Shown: positions 20,319 to 30,500, numbered from the stretch's first letter. The stretch: DNA of 64,000 nt from an uncultured candidatus Porisulfidus sp. (GCA_965116025.1 OZ220480.1:960001-1024000), one strand, 5' to 3'. The notes: a model not told the origin generated them from the sequence alone. Program-made: numbers and translations.

Positions 20319-20787
20319 GCGCGCCGGGCGGGGGCCGACGCTGGATACGGGCTTTTCCCGAGTAGGGGGGGAGTTTATCCTGGCAGTCTCCGCAGATGCC
20401 GTACAGGTATAGAGAGTAGCTTTGCAGCTCGAAGTTCTTTTGTCGGGTGATTTCCCGGAGTTGCTTGACGATCTCCCGATTCTCGAACTCGATTACGGCG
20501 CCGCACTCCGTGCAGATCAGGTGCTCGTGCGGCGATTCGTCGTTGAGTTCGTAGACGGCCCGATCCGCGTCGAAGGTGTGGCGAACCACCACGCCGGCGC
20601 GGGCGAACTGGGCTAGGACCCGATATACGGTCGCGATCCCGATATCCTCATCCGCGTCCAGCAACTTTCGGTAGACGTCCTCGGCCGACATGTGCCGCAC
20701 ATCGCTGCTTTCCAGCGCGGCCAGCACCTTGAGTCGGGGGACGGTGCTCTTGAGCCCCGCCTTGCGCAATCCGGCATCGTTCGGCAT
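20302..20787 (-). CDS. fur: Fur-family transcriptional regulator
   Basis: LRKAGLKST.PRLKVL, HMSAEDVY, IGIATVYRVL, HEHLICTECG. Confidence 0.9.
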   Translation of the reverse strand: MPNDAGLRKAGLKSTVPRLKVLAALESSDVRHMSAEDVYRKLLDADEDIGIATVYRVLAQFARAGVVVRHTFDADRAVYELNDESPHEHLICTECGAVIEFENREIVKQLREITRQKNFELQSYSLYLYGICGDCQDKLPPYSGKARIQRRPPPGALTTPN

Positions 20788-20865
20788 GCGGGTATTATCG
20801 CTGATTGAACATGGCTAAATACTCTAACACAGGACAGGGGACGAGATTCGGTCGTTTGGCGGCCG

Positions 20866-20954
20866 CCGCTCTCCCCGCGCGCCCAGTCCAGAGGACGCGG
20901 CCCGAACGGCGCTCTTCTTGTTCGACCCGCTCTCCCCGCGCGCCCAGTCCAGAG
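20866..20954. repeat. 28-bp perfect direct repeat x2 with 33-bp spacer
   Basis: CCGCTCTCCCCGCGCGCCCAGTCCAGAG at 20866-20893 and 20927-20954. Confidence 0.85.
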
Positions 20955-21195
20955 CCGAATTTCGGTGGTTGAATTCCGGTGAGTCCGCCTCATGGCATGG
21001 GCGGTCCTCGACGACGTTATTCCGACTGATCGCGCCGCTTCAAGCATGCTGATTTGCTACCATGGACATTAGGCTATGAGCGATTTCTCGTGCCAAAGAT
21101 CGGTCAGGTTCACTCACGTCATCTGAGAGCCGATTTTCCGTGAGCGGGTCGTTTCGATCTATCGCGTCCCGAGCCATCCGAGTACGATACGACGC

Positions 21196-22023
21196 ATGAC
21201 CGGCTTCTTCCAGACTCCCCGGATCATGGGGATCCTCAATGTCACGCCCGACAGTTTTTCCGACGGCGGGGTCTATCCCTCGACCAGCCGGGCCTTGGCC
21301 CGGGCTCTGGAGATGGTGGAGGAGGGCGCGACGCTGATCGATATCGGGGGCGAGTCCACGCGGCCTGGCGCCGACCGCGTGGACGCGAGCGAGCAGAAGC
21401 GGCGCGTTCTGGATGTGGTGGAGCAGGTCAGTCGGGCGGTTCCGAAAGAGGTGCTCGTCAGCGTGGACACGACGTTGGCCGACGTGGCCCGCGCGGCTCT
21501 CGACGCGGGCGCGGGCATGGTCAACGATGTTTCCGCGGGTCGCGATGATCCAGAGATGTTCTCGCTGGTAGCGGAGCGCGGGGTCCCGTATTGCCTGATG
21601 CATATGCGCGGCGCGCCCAAGACCATGCAGGACGATCCTCAGTATTCCGACGTGGTCAAGGAGGTGCGGATCTTCTTGGAGGAGCGCGCCAACTTGGCGC
21701 GGCGCGCGGGCGTCGCGCCCGACGATATCCTCGTCGATCCGGGAATTGGCTTCGGCAAGCGCACGGAGCACAACCTGCGGTTGATCGCGCGATTGGGTAG
21801 AATCGTGGATTTGGGCTACCCGGTGTTGCTCGGAACCTCGCGCAAGCGTTTCATGGGCGAGGTGTCCGGGGCCGCTGACCCGGGCCATAGAGCGCCCGCG
21901 ACCGTGGTGACGACCGGCTGGGGGCTATGCGCGGGAGCGCGCGTCTTCCGGGTGCATGACGTGTGGGAGAACCGGCAGGCCTTGGACGTGACGCGGGCTT
22001 TGCTGAAAGAGGAAGGCGACTGA
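21196..22023 (+). CDS. folP: dihydropteroate synthase
   Basis: MGILNVTPDSFSDGG, DIGGESTRPGA, DPGIGFGK, SRKRF, RVHDV. Confidence 0.95.
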   Translation: MTGFFQTPRIMGILNVTPDSFSDGGVYPSTSRALARALEMVEEGATLIDIGGESTRPGADRVDASEQKRRVLDVVEQVSRAVPKEVLVSVDTTLADVARAALDAGAGMVNDVSAGRDDPEMFSLVAERGVPYCLMHMRGAPKTMQDDPQYSDVVKEVRIFLEERANLARRAGVAPDDILVDPGIGFGKRTEHNLRLIARLGRIVDLGYPVLLGTSRKRFMGEVSGAADPGHRAPATVVTTGWGLCAGARVFRVHDVWENRQALDVTRALLKEEGD

Positions 22024-22054
22024 CCGCCGAGAGGCTTTCGGGCGGGTCGCGGCG

Positions 22055-22582
22055 TCAGTCGAGAAACGAGGCGAAGAACTCCATGGCCTCCGGCGAGTCC
22101 CACTCTCGTTCCCCGATCGCCCAATAACGAGCGCGTCCTTCCGCATCGATGAGGAACGTAGCTGGAAGCATCGGGACTTTCCAGTTCTCCAGAGCCAGCT
22201 CCGCATCCACTAGAACCGGAAATCCCACCGTGGTCTCCTCAAGAAACATCTCGATTTCCGCGCTGGGCCCCACGTGGACTCCGATGACCTGAAAGCCCTC
22301 GCCCGCCATGGCCTCATGGAGGCGGGTGAGCGCGGGCATCTCGCGCCGGCACGGCGCGCACCAGGTGGCCCAGAAATTGATGAGCAAGACTTGGCCACGC
22401 GCCTGACTCAGGGTCCAGGGCTCGCCGTCCAAGTTTGGGAGCGTGAAGTCGGGAGCGGGTTTCCCGGATGCCACCTCCATTAATCGCGGCGCGTCATCGC
22501 AACCGGCCGCGGCCAAGGCGAGCAGGCCGCAAAGCAGCGCGGCGCGCGGGCGTCGCGCGTTAATATCCAAGCGTTTCTTCAT
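22055..22582 (-). CDS. TlpA-family thiol:disulfide oxidoreductase (probable lipoprotein)
   Basis: AAGC lipobox, APDFTL, NFWATWCAPCRREMP; start uncertain. Confidence 0.85.
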   Translation of the reverse strand: MKKRLDINARRPRAALLCGLLALAAAGCDDAPRLMEVASGKPAPDFTLPNLDGEPWTLSQARGQVLLINFWATWCAPCRREMPALTRLHEAMAGEGFQVIGVHVGPSAEIEMFLEETTVGFPVLVDAELALENWKVPMLPATFLIDAEGRARYWAIGEREWDSPEAMEFFASFLD

Positions 22583-23924
22583 GCGCCCAGTTCGGGTCTT
22601 CCGGCCCTAGATCGCCGATCGGGGCGGCGAAGGCATCGGCCACGATTTCCGGCACGTTGGCGCCGGTCAGGGACCGCAGGAACGATTCCAGATCCTCCTT
22701 CTCCCGCTCGCTGAGGCTGAGTGGAACGATCAGGGGCGAGAGCAGCTCGTTCGGGATGCCGCCCTGGTCGTAGAAATCGATCACTTCCCGGAGAGTATCG
22801 AATTTTCCGTTATGCATGTATGGCGCGGTCAGCGCGACGTTGCGCAGGCTCATGGTGCGGAATTTCCAGCGGTCGTTCGGATTCTCGGTGACCCGATACA
22901 GGCCGAGGTCGTTGGGAAGTTTCTGCTGCGAGACCGACTCGATCTTCTCGTTCGAGATGTCCACGAACACGCCGGGCGCGAGCTGCACGCGGGTGGTTCC
23001 AGACTTCCCGCGGGAGCCCCTGTCGAATGACACCGAGAAGCCCAGGCCGGTGTTGTGGAATTTCTGGTCCGTGAACAGGGCGTGGTCCTTGCTCATGGTA
23101 TGGCATGCGACGCACTGGCCCTTTCCGGAGAAGACGCCGAATCCTCGCTTGACGGATTCATCGACCGCATCGGTCTGGTTGCCGAAGTGCCAGCGATCGA
23201 ACGGGGAATTGGCCGCCAGCAGGGTGCGCTGGTAGCTCGCCAGGGCCTGGCCGATGGTCAGGATGTTCGGTCCGGTTCCCTCGAAGGCTTTCTCGAACAG
23301 GCCGTCGTAGTCGCGCATGCGACGGATCTTGTTGATGATCCAGCCGATGGATGGCGCGGCCATCTCATTGTGCGCGGTGATGGGTTGCCAGACCTGATTC
23401 TCCAGGTTGATCTCGCGTCCGTCCAGAAACAGCCGCCTCAGGTAAGCCACGTTATAGAGGGAGGGGGAGTTGCGCAGGACGGAGCGACCCTCCACGCCGA
23501 TCGCGGTGCGCATCTCGTTGTTGGTGAAGCCCTGCTCCGGGATATGGCAGATGGCGCAGGAGAACGTGTCGTTGATCGACAGGCGACGGTCGAAGAACAG
23601 TTTGCGCCCGAGGTCGATCTTGTTCCGCGTCAGCGGATTTTCCGCTGGAATCGGCACGGGGGGAAGGCCCAGTGGCGGGCTTTGCGCGAAGCGGATCAGG
23701 TCCTTCTTGATTCCGCGCCGCTTCAGCAGGCTTCGCGACCGGGTCCGGTAGTCCTCGCTTTCGTACCCTTCCTTGATATCGCCGGGGCCCTGGGTATGGC
23801 TGGCATCGAATTCCTCTCGCGTCTCCAGCTCCCCGCTGGTTCGCGCGAAAGCCGGAGCGCAGAGACTCGCGGAGACAAGCGCCGCGGCGAGGGCGCGGCA
23901 ATGCCTCCGTGCCGATGGGCGCAT
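22560..23924 (-). CDS. MauG-like di-heme cytochrome c peroxidase
   Basis: CAICH and CVACH heme motifs, LGRKLFFD, LRNVALTAPYMHNG; downstream of mtoX. Confidence 0.88.
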   Translation of the reverse strand: MRPSARRHCRALAAALVSASLCAPAFARTSGELETREEFDASHTQGPGDIKEGYESEDYRTRSRSLLKRRGIKKDLIRFAQSPPLGLPPVPIPAENPLTRNKIDLGRKLFFDRRLSINDTFSCAICHIPEQGFTNNEMRTAIGVEGRSVLRNSPSLYNVAYLRRLFLDGREINLENQVWQPITAHNEMAAPSIGWIINKIRRMRDYDGLFEKAFEGTGPNILTIGQALASYQRTLLAANSPFDRWHFGNQTDAVDESVKRGFGVFSGKGQCVACHTMSKDHALFTDQKFHNTGLGFSVSFDRGSRGKSGTTRVQLAPGVFVDISNEKIESVSQQKLPNDLGLYRVTENPNDRWKFRTMSLRNVALTAPYMHNGKFDTLREVIDFYDQGGIPNELLSPLIVPLSLSEREKEDLESFLRSLTGANVPEIVADAFAAPIGDLGPEDPNWAHEETLGY

Positions 23925-23932
23925 AGCGGGAT

Positions 23933-24625
23933 TCAGCCGGAGGGAGACTCCAGGAGGAGCGTTTTCAAGTCGTTGATCAGGATGTCGGCATGCAGGAACG
24001 CGACGCTATAGATATTGCGAACGCGCAGTTCCCGGTCAATCAGGAACACCCGTAGCGTGTGGGCGATATCTCCGGTATATTCGCCGCTCTCGTCGTACTC
24101 GCGCAAGGTGTACTGGCCGTAGTCGTCGAGAATGGGCTGGAGAGCTTCTCGGTCCTTGGTGGTGAGAAATCGCCAGTCGACACCGTCGCCGCCGAGACCT
24201 TTCCCGAACTCCCGCATGGCCTCGGGGGTGTCGCGCTCCGGGTCGAAAGAGATGGACAGCAGGCGGGTGGCCTGAGCCACTTCCAGACGTTTCCGCAGTT
24301 TCGCCTGAAGCTTGTGAAGCACCGCGTTGGCGAGAGGGCAGCCGTTGATGTCGTCGCACTTGGTATAGATGAAGCTGAAAAGAACGAGACGGTCGCCCAT
24401 CAGGTCGAACAATCGGGATTCCGCGCCATCCTCAAGCAACACGGCTCCGTCGGCCGCGACGGTGATGGGGGGCAACCGATAACTGCCCGCGGGAGGAGGC
24501 GCGTAGCTCAGGTTGGTCCACCCGGGCGCGAGGATATCGTCTCGCGCCATGGCGTCCGCGCCGCCGGCGACCAAGCCGAGGGCGGTGAGCCAGACGAGCG
24601 CGCGAGGGCTTTTTGATCGATCCAT
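23933..24625 (-). CDS. SCO-family copper chaperone
   Basis: FIYTKCDDINGCP, SISFDPERDTP, conserved His (IAHT). Confidence 0.85.
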   Translation of the reverse strand: MDRSKSPRALVWLTALGLVAGGADAMARDDILAPGWTNLSYAPPPAGSYRLPPITVAADGAVLLEDGAESRLFDLMGDRLVLFSFIYTKCDDINGCPLANAVLHKLQAKLRKRLEVAQATRLLSISFDPERDTPEAMREFGKGLGGDGVDWRFLTTKDREALQPILDDYGQYTLREYDESGEYTGDIAHTLRVFLIDRELRVRNIYSVAFLHADILINDLKTLLLESPSG

Positions 24626-24676
24626 ACAGGTATTATAAGAGTAGCTCTGGGTCGCCAAGTTCCGTTTTCTTGGGCC

Positions 24677-24710
24677 GAAAAAGAAAGCCGCCCTAGGTAG
24701 GGCGGCTTTC
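24677..24710 (-). terminator. Rho-independent terminator after mtoX
   Basis: GAAAGCCGCCCTA..TAGGGCGGCTTTC hairpin followed by T-run on minus strand. Confidence 0.8.
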
Positions 24711-24741
24711 GATCAAGCGCGCGGCCTTGGGCCGCGATCGT

Positions 24742-26085
24742 TCATTCGGCCATGGAGACCCGGGTGTCGCCGTCCGGGCGTTTTCCGTACAGGGCGTAGG
24801 CGCCGAAACGCATCTGGTGCGAGCGGCCCAACTGCTCGGCGTAGAAGTCGACCGTCCACTGGTGCGCCAGCTTCTCTCCGTCCCAATGGTAGAGCTTGAC
24901 GTATTGCTCGTCCGCGTCCCCGGTCTTGTCCCAGTTGTTCAGCAGGGAGCTGGAGAAATACACGCGCTCGCCGTCCCAGCTCTGGGAGACCATGTTGACT
25001 TGGCTGCCGATCGCCTCCTCGAAGACCTGCTTGGGGGCGTGCGGGTCGGAAATGTCGAAGAAGCGCGTCTTACCGTCCATGAAGGTGTTGACCCACAGGC
25101 CGGTGTCGTCGGCGGTGATGGAGATGTCGACGGGCAACGGAACCTCGGCGGGGTTGCCGATCACGGCGACGTCCTTGGCGCGCCATTCGCCGTCCTCGCC
25201 CTCATACAGGAGCCAGATCTTGGAGGTCAGCGCCGTGGTGGTGAAGCAATAGCGGTTGTCCGGGCCCCAGGCGCAACGAATCTCCAGCGGAGCGCCCGGC
25301 ACGTCCAGCACCTTGAGTGGCTTGCGGGCATGCATGTCCCACACCACCATGGTGTTGCCGAAGCGCTGCATGGCGGTGCTGTCCTGCAGCATCTGGCCGA
25401 AGTCCATCATGTAGTTCGACCAGCCGGTGAAGGACGACGTCAGCATCACGTTGCTTTCCGCCTTCACGCGGATGTCGTAGCCGTAGCCGTCGGCATGCTC
25501 GCCGGTCTTGACCGCGCCGCGGAGGTCCTCGTCCGTCGGCATCCAGTGGGAGGCCACGAACTCGCCGGCGTTGTTGTATTCGGCCAGGCCCGTGCGTCCG
25601 CCGTGGTCGGCGTTGTTGGAGAGAGCCGAGATCATCACGCGCCCGGGCAGGGCGAAGAACGTGTGCGGGCCGACCATCCCTCCAGTCTTCTCCACGAAGT
25701 CGGTGATGACCTTATGCAGCTTGGGTTGCCGTGGGTTGGAATGGATGTCGAACACGAAAATCTTGTTGGAGTCCAGTCCGCCGGCCCACAGGTAATGGCG
25801 GTCGTCCGACAGTCCGGAATGGTGCGCCTCATTGCGCCCGCCGACCGACAGGACGCTGACCACTTGGCCGAAGGTTTGGGAATCCGGGCTGGTGTCGATG
25901 GTGACTAGCTTGTCCTGCTCGTCTCCCATGCCTTCCACGCCTAGGGTCCAGACGTACACGTAATCTTCCTGGCCTTGGATCTTGGCGATGTACGGCGACA
26001 TGCAGGTCTCGTCCGCCAGCGCCGGAACGGTCCACGCCATCGCGGCCAGCGCCGCCAGACTCGTGCGGAAAGTTGATTTTCTCAT
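24742..26085 (-). CDS. mtoX: methanethiol oxidase (SBP56 family)
   Basis: Signal peptide then DETCMSPY..GQEDYVYVWTL, EAHH, GPHT, SSFTGW, SSLLNNWDK; clustered with SCO and MauG genes. Confidence 0.88.
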   Translation of the reverse strand: MRKSTFRTSLAALAAMAWTVPALADETCMSPYIAKIQGQEDYVYVWTLGVEGMGDEQDKLVTIDTSPDSQTFGQVVSVLSVGGRNEAHHSGLSDDRHYLWAGGLDSNKIFVFDIHSNPRQPKLHKVITDFVEKTGGMVGPHTFFALPGRVMISALSNNADHGGRTGLAEYNNAGEFVASHWMPTDEDLRGAVKTGEHADGYGYDIRVKAESNVMLTSSFTGWSNYMMDFGQMLQDSTAMQRFGNTMVVWDMHARKPLKVLDVPGAPLEIRCAWGPDNRYCFTTTALTSKIWLLYEGEDGEWRAKDVAVIGNPAEVPLPVDISITADDTGLWVNTFMDGKTRFFDISDPHAPKQVFEEAIGSQVNMVSQSWDGERVYFSSSLLNNWDKTGDADEQYVKLYHWDGEKLAHQWTVDFYAEQLGRSHQMRFGAYALYGKRPDGDTRVSMAE

Positions 26086-27104
26086 AAGGTTCCTCGTGGA
26101 GTTGAGTTATTTCGCGGGCTATCAGGACCGCGCCGCCACGCTAACTCCGGCGGCCGCCTCAATCGCCTGCTCCAATTATGGACGAAACTGCCCGCCCGTC
26201 AAGTTTCCGCTCCCATCTCTTCGAATCGCGACCACGCCCGATGGCTCAGGCGCGGTGACATGATTTTCAGCGGGGGAGCCCGCCAGAGCGAGCGCGACGC
26301 TTTCTCGGCGGCCTTAAATAAGGTGAGCGCCCGGCGGGTGTGGGGGTCGCCTGGGCGCTCTGGGGTGGCGCGGCGGGCAGGCCGCGCCTAAAACGACCGC
26401 GCGTTCGGTAGGGCGCGACAAAGCGGCCTGACGGTGCGGGACGGGTAGACGCGCGAGCCGCGCTTCTACCCAATGCTCGCTATTCTAACATGGAAACGTG
26501 GCCGGCGTACGAGCACGTCGTTTCCCCGAACTCCAACCGGAGGACGAAGAATGGCCCCGCTTCGTCGCCGGGATTGAGCCAAACGTCGTCTATGCCGAAA
26601 CAAACGGTCTTTCATGCCGTCGTTTTCATGCGCCAGCAATGTAAGGCTTCTTGTCTGCGAGCGGAACAAATCTGGGAGAACCGTTCGTCTGTATGACATA
26701 GTCAAAGGTCACCTCGTCATGGTCATCACTTCTAGTATCATCCTTGATTCCGAGCACCTTAATTGCTGCCCAATATCCATTCTCATTTTGTAATACGGCG
26801 ACTTGCCCAATGTTGGGTCGGCGGATCCTTGATGATCCATCATATTTACGAGCGTCAACGATGTTCTCAATTTCGCTACAATCCTTAGCAATTGCAATAG
26901 TACGAATACTACTCGGATCTTTAAGAATCTGTATATTCCGATCACTTGATTTGCTGAAAGCAATTTCAAACATTTGCTTGCCGCTACCTATGCAATAGCG
27001 GCCATTGTTATTTGTGATGGGATGGTTCGCCCCGCTTCCCTGCTTGGCCTTGAGCGGGCACAATGAGAGTACAACCAACCCATCGCGAAAGCGGGACGAC
27101 CCTT

Positions 27105-28151
27105 ATGAAGCAGACTCTACATCAACTCGCCATCGCCCATCTGGGCGTGGACCTGGGCAAGCAGGCGTTTCACGCCTGCGGCATGACGCGCGCCGGCAAG
27201 ATCGCGCTGGAGAGGCGCTTCACGCGGGCTCAGCTGGAACGCTTCGCGGAGGAGCTGCCGCCATGCCGGGTCGGGCTGGAGGCCTGCGGCGGCGCGCACC
27301 ATTGGGCGCGGCTGTTCCGTCGTCATGGGCACGACGCGCGGCTGATGGCGCCGTCCTTCGTGAAGCCGTTCGTGAAGTCGAACAAGAACGACGCGCGCGA
27401 CGCGGAGGCGATTTGCGAAGCGCGGAGCCGTCCGAGCATGCGCTTCGCGCCGGCACGGTCGGAGGCCGAGCAAGCGATCCAGCAATGCCATCGGACGCGG
27501 GAGCGGCTGGTGCGGAGCCGCACCCGGCTGGTCAACCAGTCGCGCGCGTTCCTGCAGGAGTACGGGATCGTCATGCCGAAAGGGATCGGGGTCTTTCGCG
27601 CGCGGCTGCCGGAGATCCTGGAGGACGGCGAGAACGGCCTGCTTCCGGAAGTCCGCGAGGCGCTGGCGGAAGGCTACGAGGAGGTGCGGGCGCTGGATCG
27701 GCGGGAGGGGGATTGCCGGGCGCGGATCCAGGCGCATGCCGAGGCCGATCCGGGCTGCCGGCGGCTGATGACGATCCCGGGCATAGGCGCGCTGACGGCC
27801 AGCGCCCTGGTCGCGAAGCTGGGCGACGGCGGCGAGTTCCGCAATGGGCGGGAGGCGGCCGCCTACCTCGGCCTGGTGCCGCGGCAATACTCCACCGGCG
27901 GAAAGCCGAAGCTCGGAGGGATCAGCAAGCGGGGGGACCGCGCCTTGCGCGGCCTGCTGATCTTGGGCGCGAAAGCGGTATTGCGCGTCTCGGACCAGCG
28001 CGAGGACGCGCTCGGCGCTTGGCTTCGCGGCCTGCGGGAGCGCCACCACGACAACGTGGCGGCGGTCGCGTTGGCGAACAAGAACGTCCGCGTCGCCTGG
28101 GCGCTGCTCCGGCGCGGCGGAACCTATCGGGAGGAAGCCCGCATGACATGA
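27105..28151 (+). CDS. IS110-family DEDD recombinase/transposase
   Basis: GVDLGK, GLEACG, KNDARDAEAI, GLVPRQYSTGGK. Confidence 0.93.
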   Translation: MKQTLHQLAIAHLGVDLGKQAFHACGMTRAGKIALERRFTRAQLERFAEELPPCRVGLEACGGAHHWARLFRRHGHDARLMAPSFVKPFVKSNKNDARDAEAICEARSRPSMRFAPARSEAEQAIQQCHRTRERLVRSRTRLVNQSRAFLQEYGIVMPKGIGVFRARLPEILEDGENGLLPEVREALAEGYEEVRALDRREGDCRARIQAHAEADPGCRRLMTIPGIGALTASALVAKLGDGGEFRNGREAAAYLGLVPRQYSTGGKPKLGGISKRGDRALRGLLILGAKAVLRVSDQREDALGAWLRGLRERHHDNVAAVALANKNVRVAWALLRRGGTYREEARMT

Positions 28152-28199
28152 GGCTTCCCTCCGTATCCCGGCGGGCTCTGCCCGCCGATCGGTTGCGGG

Positions 28200-28375
28200 G
28201 AAGAAGCGAAAAGATGGCGGAACAGGTCGGACCGACGCTCCGAGACCTTGGATTTGATACAGGCCTTCGAGGCCGTTATTGTGATAAGGACGGAGCGTGC
28301 GAAACCCATCGGGGCCCGGGAGGCGACGTCCTCCCATCAAGAGGCCGGATATATGTGCGCAGCCGATCGACCGTC
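28200..28375 (+). ncRNA. putative bridge/seek RNA of the IS110 element
   Basis: Stem-loops with loop segments matching target flanks and IS ends (see findings); boundaries approximate. Confidence 0.55.
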
Positions 28376-29259
28376 GCTTCAGCTTCCGACTTGCAGGGAG
28401 GGGGCGAACCATATATAATCAAATGTGACGTGCCCCTTAGGCGATGAAGAGACATATTTTTCTGAGCTCGGCATGAATCTCTGATTCGAGAATTGCTTTA
28501 TCGTTTCGAACGGATTGTCGCCTATTGGAGGAACTGGGAGGATAGGCTCATCCAATAGTGACCTAAGCAATTCTTCGTATTTTTCCTCATACCTTAGATC
28601 ATCTCGAAAATCCACATAGAAGCGTCCCATTAGAAAGGTTGGTGTTGGTGCTAAATCAGTATTTGTATTATCACGAATCACCGGGATCACGTAATCCGCG
28701 CCTAGATCGGCCATTATTTTCGCCGTCATTATCTGTTTCTCATAACCTACGCCACCTTCCGTTGAGGTAGCCTTTCGCACGTAATTCTCTGAGCAGATGC
28801 ACAGTACACGATCGGATTCAGATAATCCTCTCTCGATAAATTCCGCCACGTCTTTTCCTAGGCTAAGGTTCCACTGATCCAATATCGCGTTCACTCCGTT
28901 ATGACGCAACCGTGTGGCCAACTGAAGCACCCAAGTCTTGTGGTTTTTGCTATCGTGCGAGTAAGACACGAATACTGACGGGGCCATTTTGCAGTTCCTT
29001 CTTGTTCGGGTTGTATCCCAGTATGGCGCGGTTGTTGAGTCTTGGCCTGCCCCTAGCGACTGGCCCAGTGTGAATTTTAGTGCATTGACGATTTCTCTGT
29101 CAAACTGGCGGTTTGCCTCGATATTCGAGCATCCCGAACGCGTGTCCACGCCCAATCGCCGGTTCCCGTCAGCGGGCGCCATAGTCGCACCAATTTTTCG
29201 CGGACCGCGTTTCATGGGGGTATCATGGAATCCCTCATGCGCGGCGCTCACATGATCAA

Positions 29260-29580
29260 ATGCCGGACTTTTTAACCTTGACGGCGGCGGCGGCGGCCCG
29301 GATCCGGGAGCAGTTGCCGGAGAGCGAGAAGGGCGTCGCCCTTCGTTTGGCGGTCCGCGCGCTCGAGGATGGCGGCTTCCAGTACGCGATGGGGTTCGAC
29401 AGCGAGAGCCGCGAGGGGGACCAGAGATTCCGCTCGCGCGAGATCCCGGTGGTGGTGGGGGCCGACAGCCTGGCGCTGGCGAGAGGCATGACCGTCGATT
29501 TCGTGGAGCTCGAGCCGGGAGAGAAGCGGTTCATTTTCCTCAATCCAAACGATCCGTCCTACGTGCCTCCGAAAGATTGA
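29260..29580 (+). CDS. dsrR: DsrR-like IscA/HesB-fold protein lacking cysteines
   Basis: LRLAVR..YAMGFD..TVDFVELEPGEKRFIFLNPNDPSY; no Cys. Confidence 0.7.
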   Translation: MPDFLTLTAAAAARIREQLPESEKGVALRLAVRALEDGGFQYAMGFDSESREGDQRFRSREIPVVVGADSLALARGMTVDFVELEPGEKRFIFLNPNDPSYVPPKD

Positions 29581-30500
29581 TGTCCGGGCTGGAGTTGTCG
29601 GGGTGGATCGCGTCCGGACTGCTGTCGCTGGCGCTGGCCGCTTTCCTGGCTTGGGCATATTGGCGCAGGCTGGTTCCCTACGAGGCCGTCCGGCGGTGGG
29701 CGTTCCGGATGCGCGGCGGCGATCTGTCGGCCCGGATTCCGGTGCCGCGGAGAGGGGGATTCGAGGAGCTCGCGATCGACCTGAACGCGCTCGCGGAAAT
29801 GATCCAGACGCTGTCGCGGGATACCGAGGAGCAGTTGCAGGAATTCAGCGACTACACGGCGATGAGAGAGCGCGCCCGATTGTCCGCGGAGCTGCACGAT
29901 TCTCTGGCGCAAACCTTGGCCGGCATCAAGATGCAGGTGCGGGTGCTGGACGAGACCCTGCATCAGGGCGACGAGGAGCGGACTTGGCAGGAGATCGAGA
30001 AGATTGAGGAAAGCCTGGAGGAGGCCAATATCGAGTTGCGCGAGCTGATCGCGCATTTTCGCGCCCCGGTCGGCGAGGCGGGCCTGTTGCCGGCGATCGA
30101 GCGCGCGGTGGAGCGTTTTCGGCGAGATTGTCCGGACGTTCGCGCGCTTCTGCAGGTCCAATGGGAGAATATGAGTTTGTTGGCCGAGCATGAGTTGCAG
30201 GTCACGCGCGTCGTGCAGGAAGCCTTGGCCAACGTGCGCAAGCATGCCCACGCGAGCACCGTGAGGATATTGCTATCGGGAGACGCCGAGACTGGACGTT
30301 GCCGGGTGCTGGTGGAAGACGACGGGGTGGGGTTCGCGGATCCGCCACGGGAAGGAGGGGGCGCCCACATCGGGATGAGCTTGTTGCGAGATCGGGCGGC
30401 GCGTCTGGGCGGACGGATTCAGGTGGAGAGCGAGCCGGACGAGGGCGCGCGGGTGGCGCTGGAGTTCGACGCGACGCCGCGAGGGCGGGAGGCCGCATGA
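29580..30500 (+). CDS. NarX-like sensor histidine kinase (HAMP, HisKA_3, HATPase)
   Basis: ERARLSAELHDSLAQ, QEALANVRKHA, EDDGVGF. Confidence 0.9.
   Translation: MSGLELSGWIASGLLSLALAAFLAWAYWRRLVPYEAVRRWAFRMRGGDLSARIPVPRRGGFEELAIDLNALAEMIQTLSRDTEEQLQEFSDYTAMRERARLSAELHDSLAQTLAGIKMQVRVLDETLHQGDEERTWQEIEKIEESLEEANIELRELIAHFRAPVGEAGLLPAIERAVERFRRDCPDVRALLQVQWENMSLLAEHELQVTRVVQEALANVRKHAHASTVRILLSGDAETGRCRVLVEDDGVGFADPPREGGGAHIGMSLLRDRAARLGGRIQVESEPDEGARVALEFDATPRGREAA

Larger units (their letters stand above)
27016..28414 (+). mobile_element. IS110-family (IS1111-type) insertion sequence
   Basis: Sub-terminal IRs ATGGTTCGCCCC (27022-27033) / GGGGCGAACCAT (28401-28412); no target duplication; long non-coding right end; ends ambiguous by 1-2 bp. 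Confidence 0.9.
26626..28987 (-). pseudogene. TIR/SEFIR-domain protein interrupted by IS110
   Basis: VFVSYSHD..LDQW..GGVGYE TIR domain; removing 1399 bp of IS rejoins KGHVTFDY|TNNNGRYCIG in frame. Confidence 0.85.

Noticed and set aside
20866-20954. Functional CRISPR array
   Set aside because: Only two repeats, non-palindromic, no cas genes or leader
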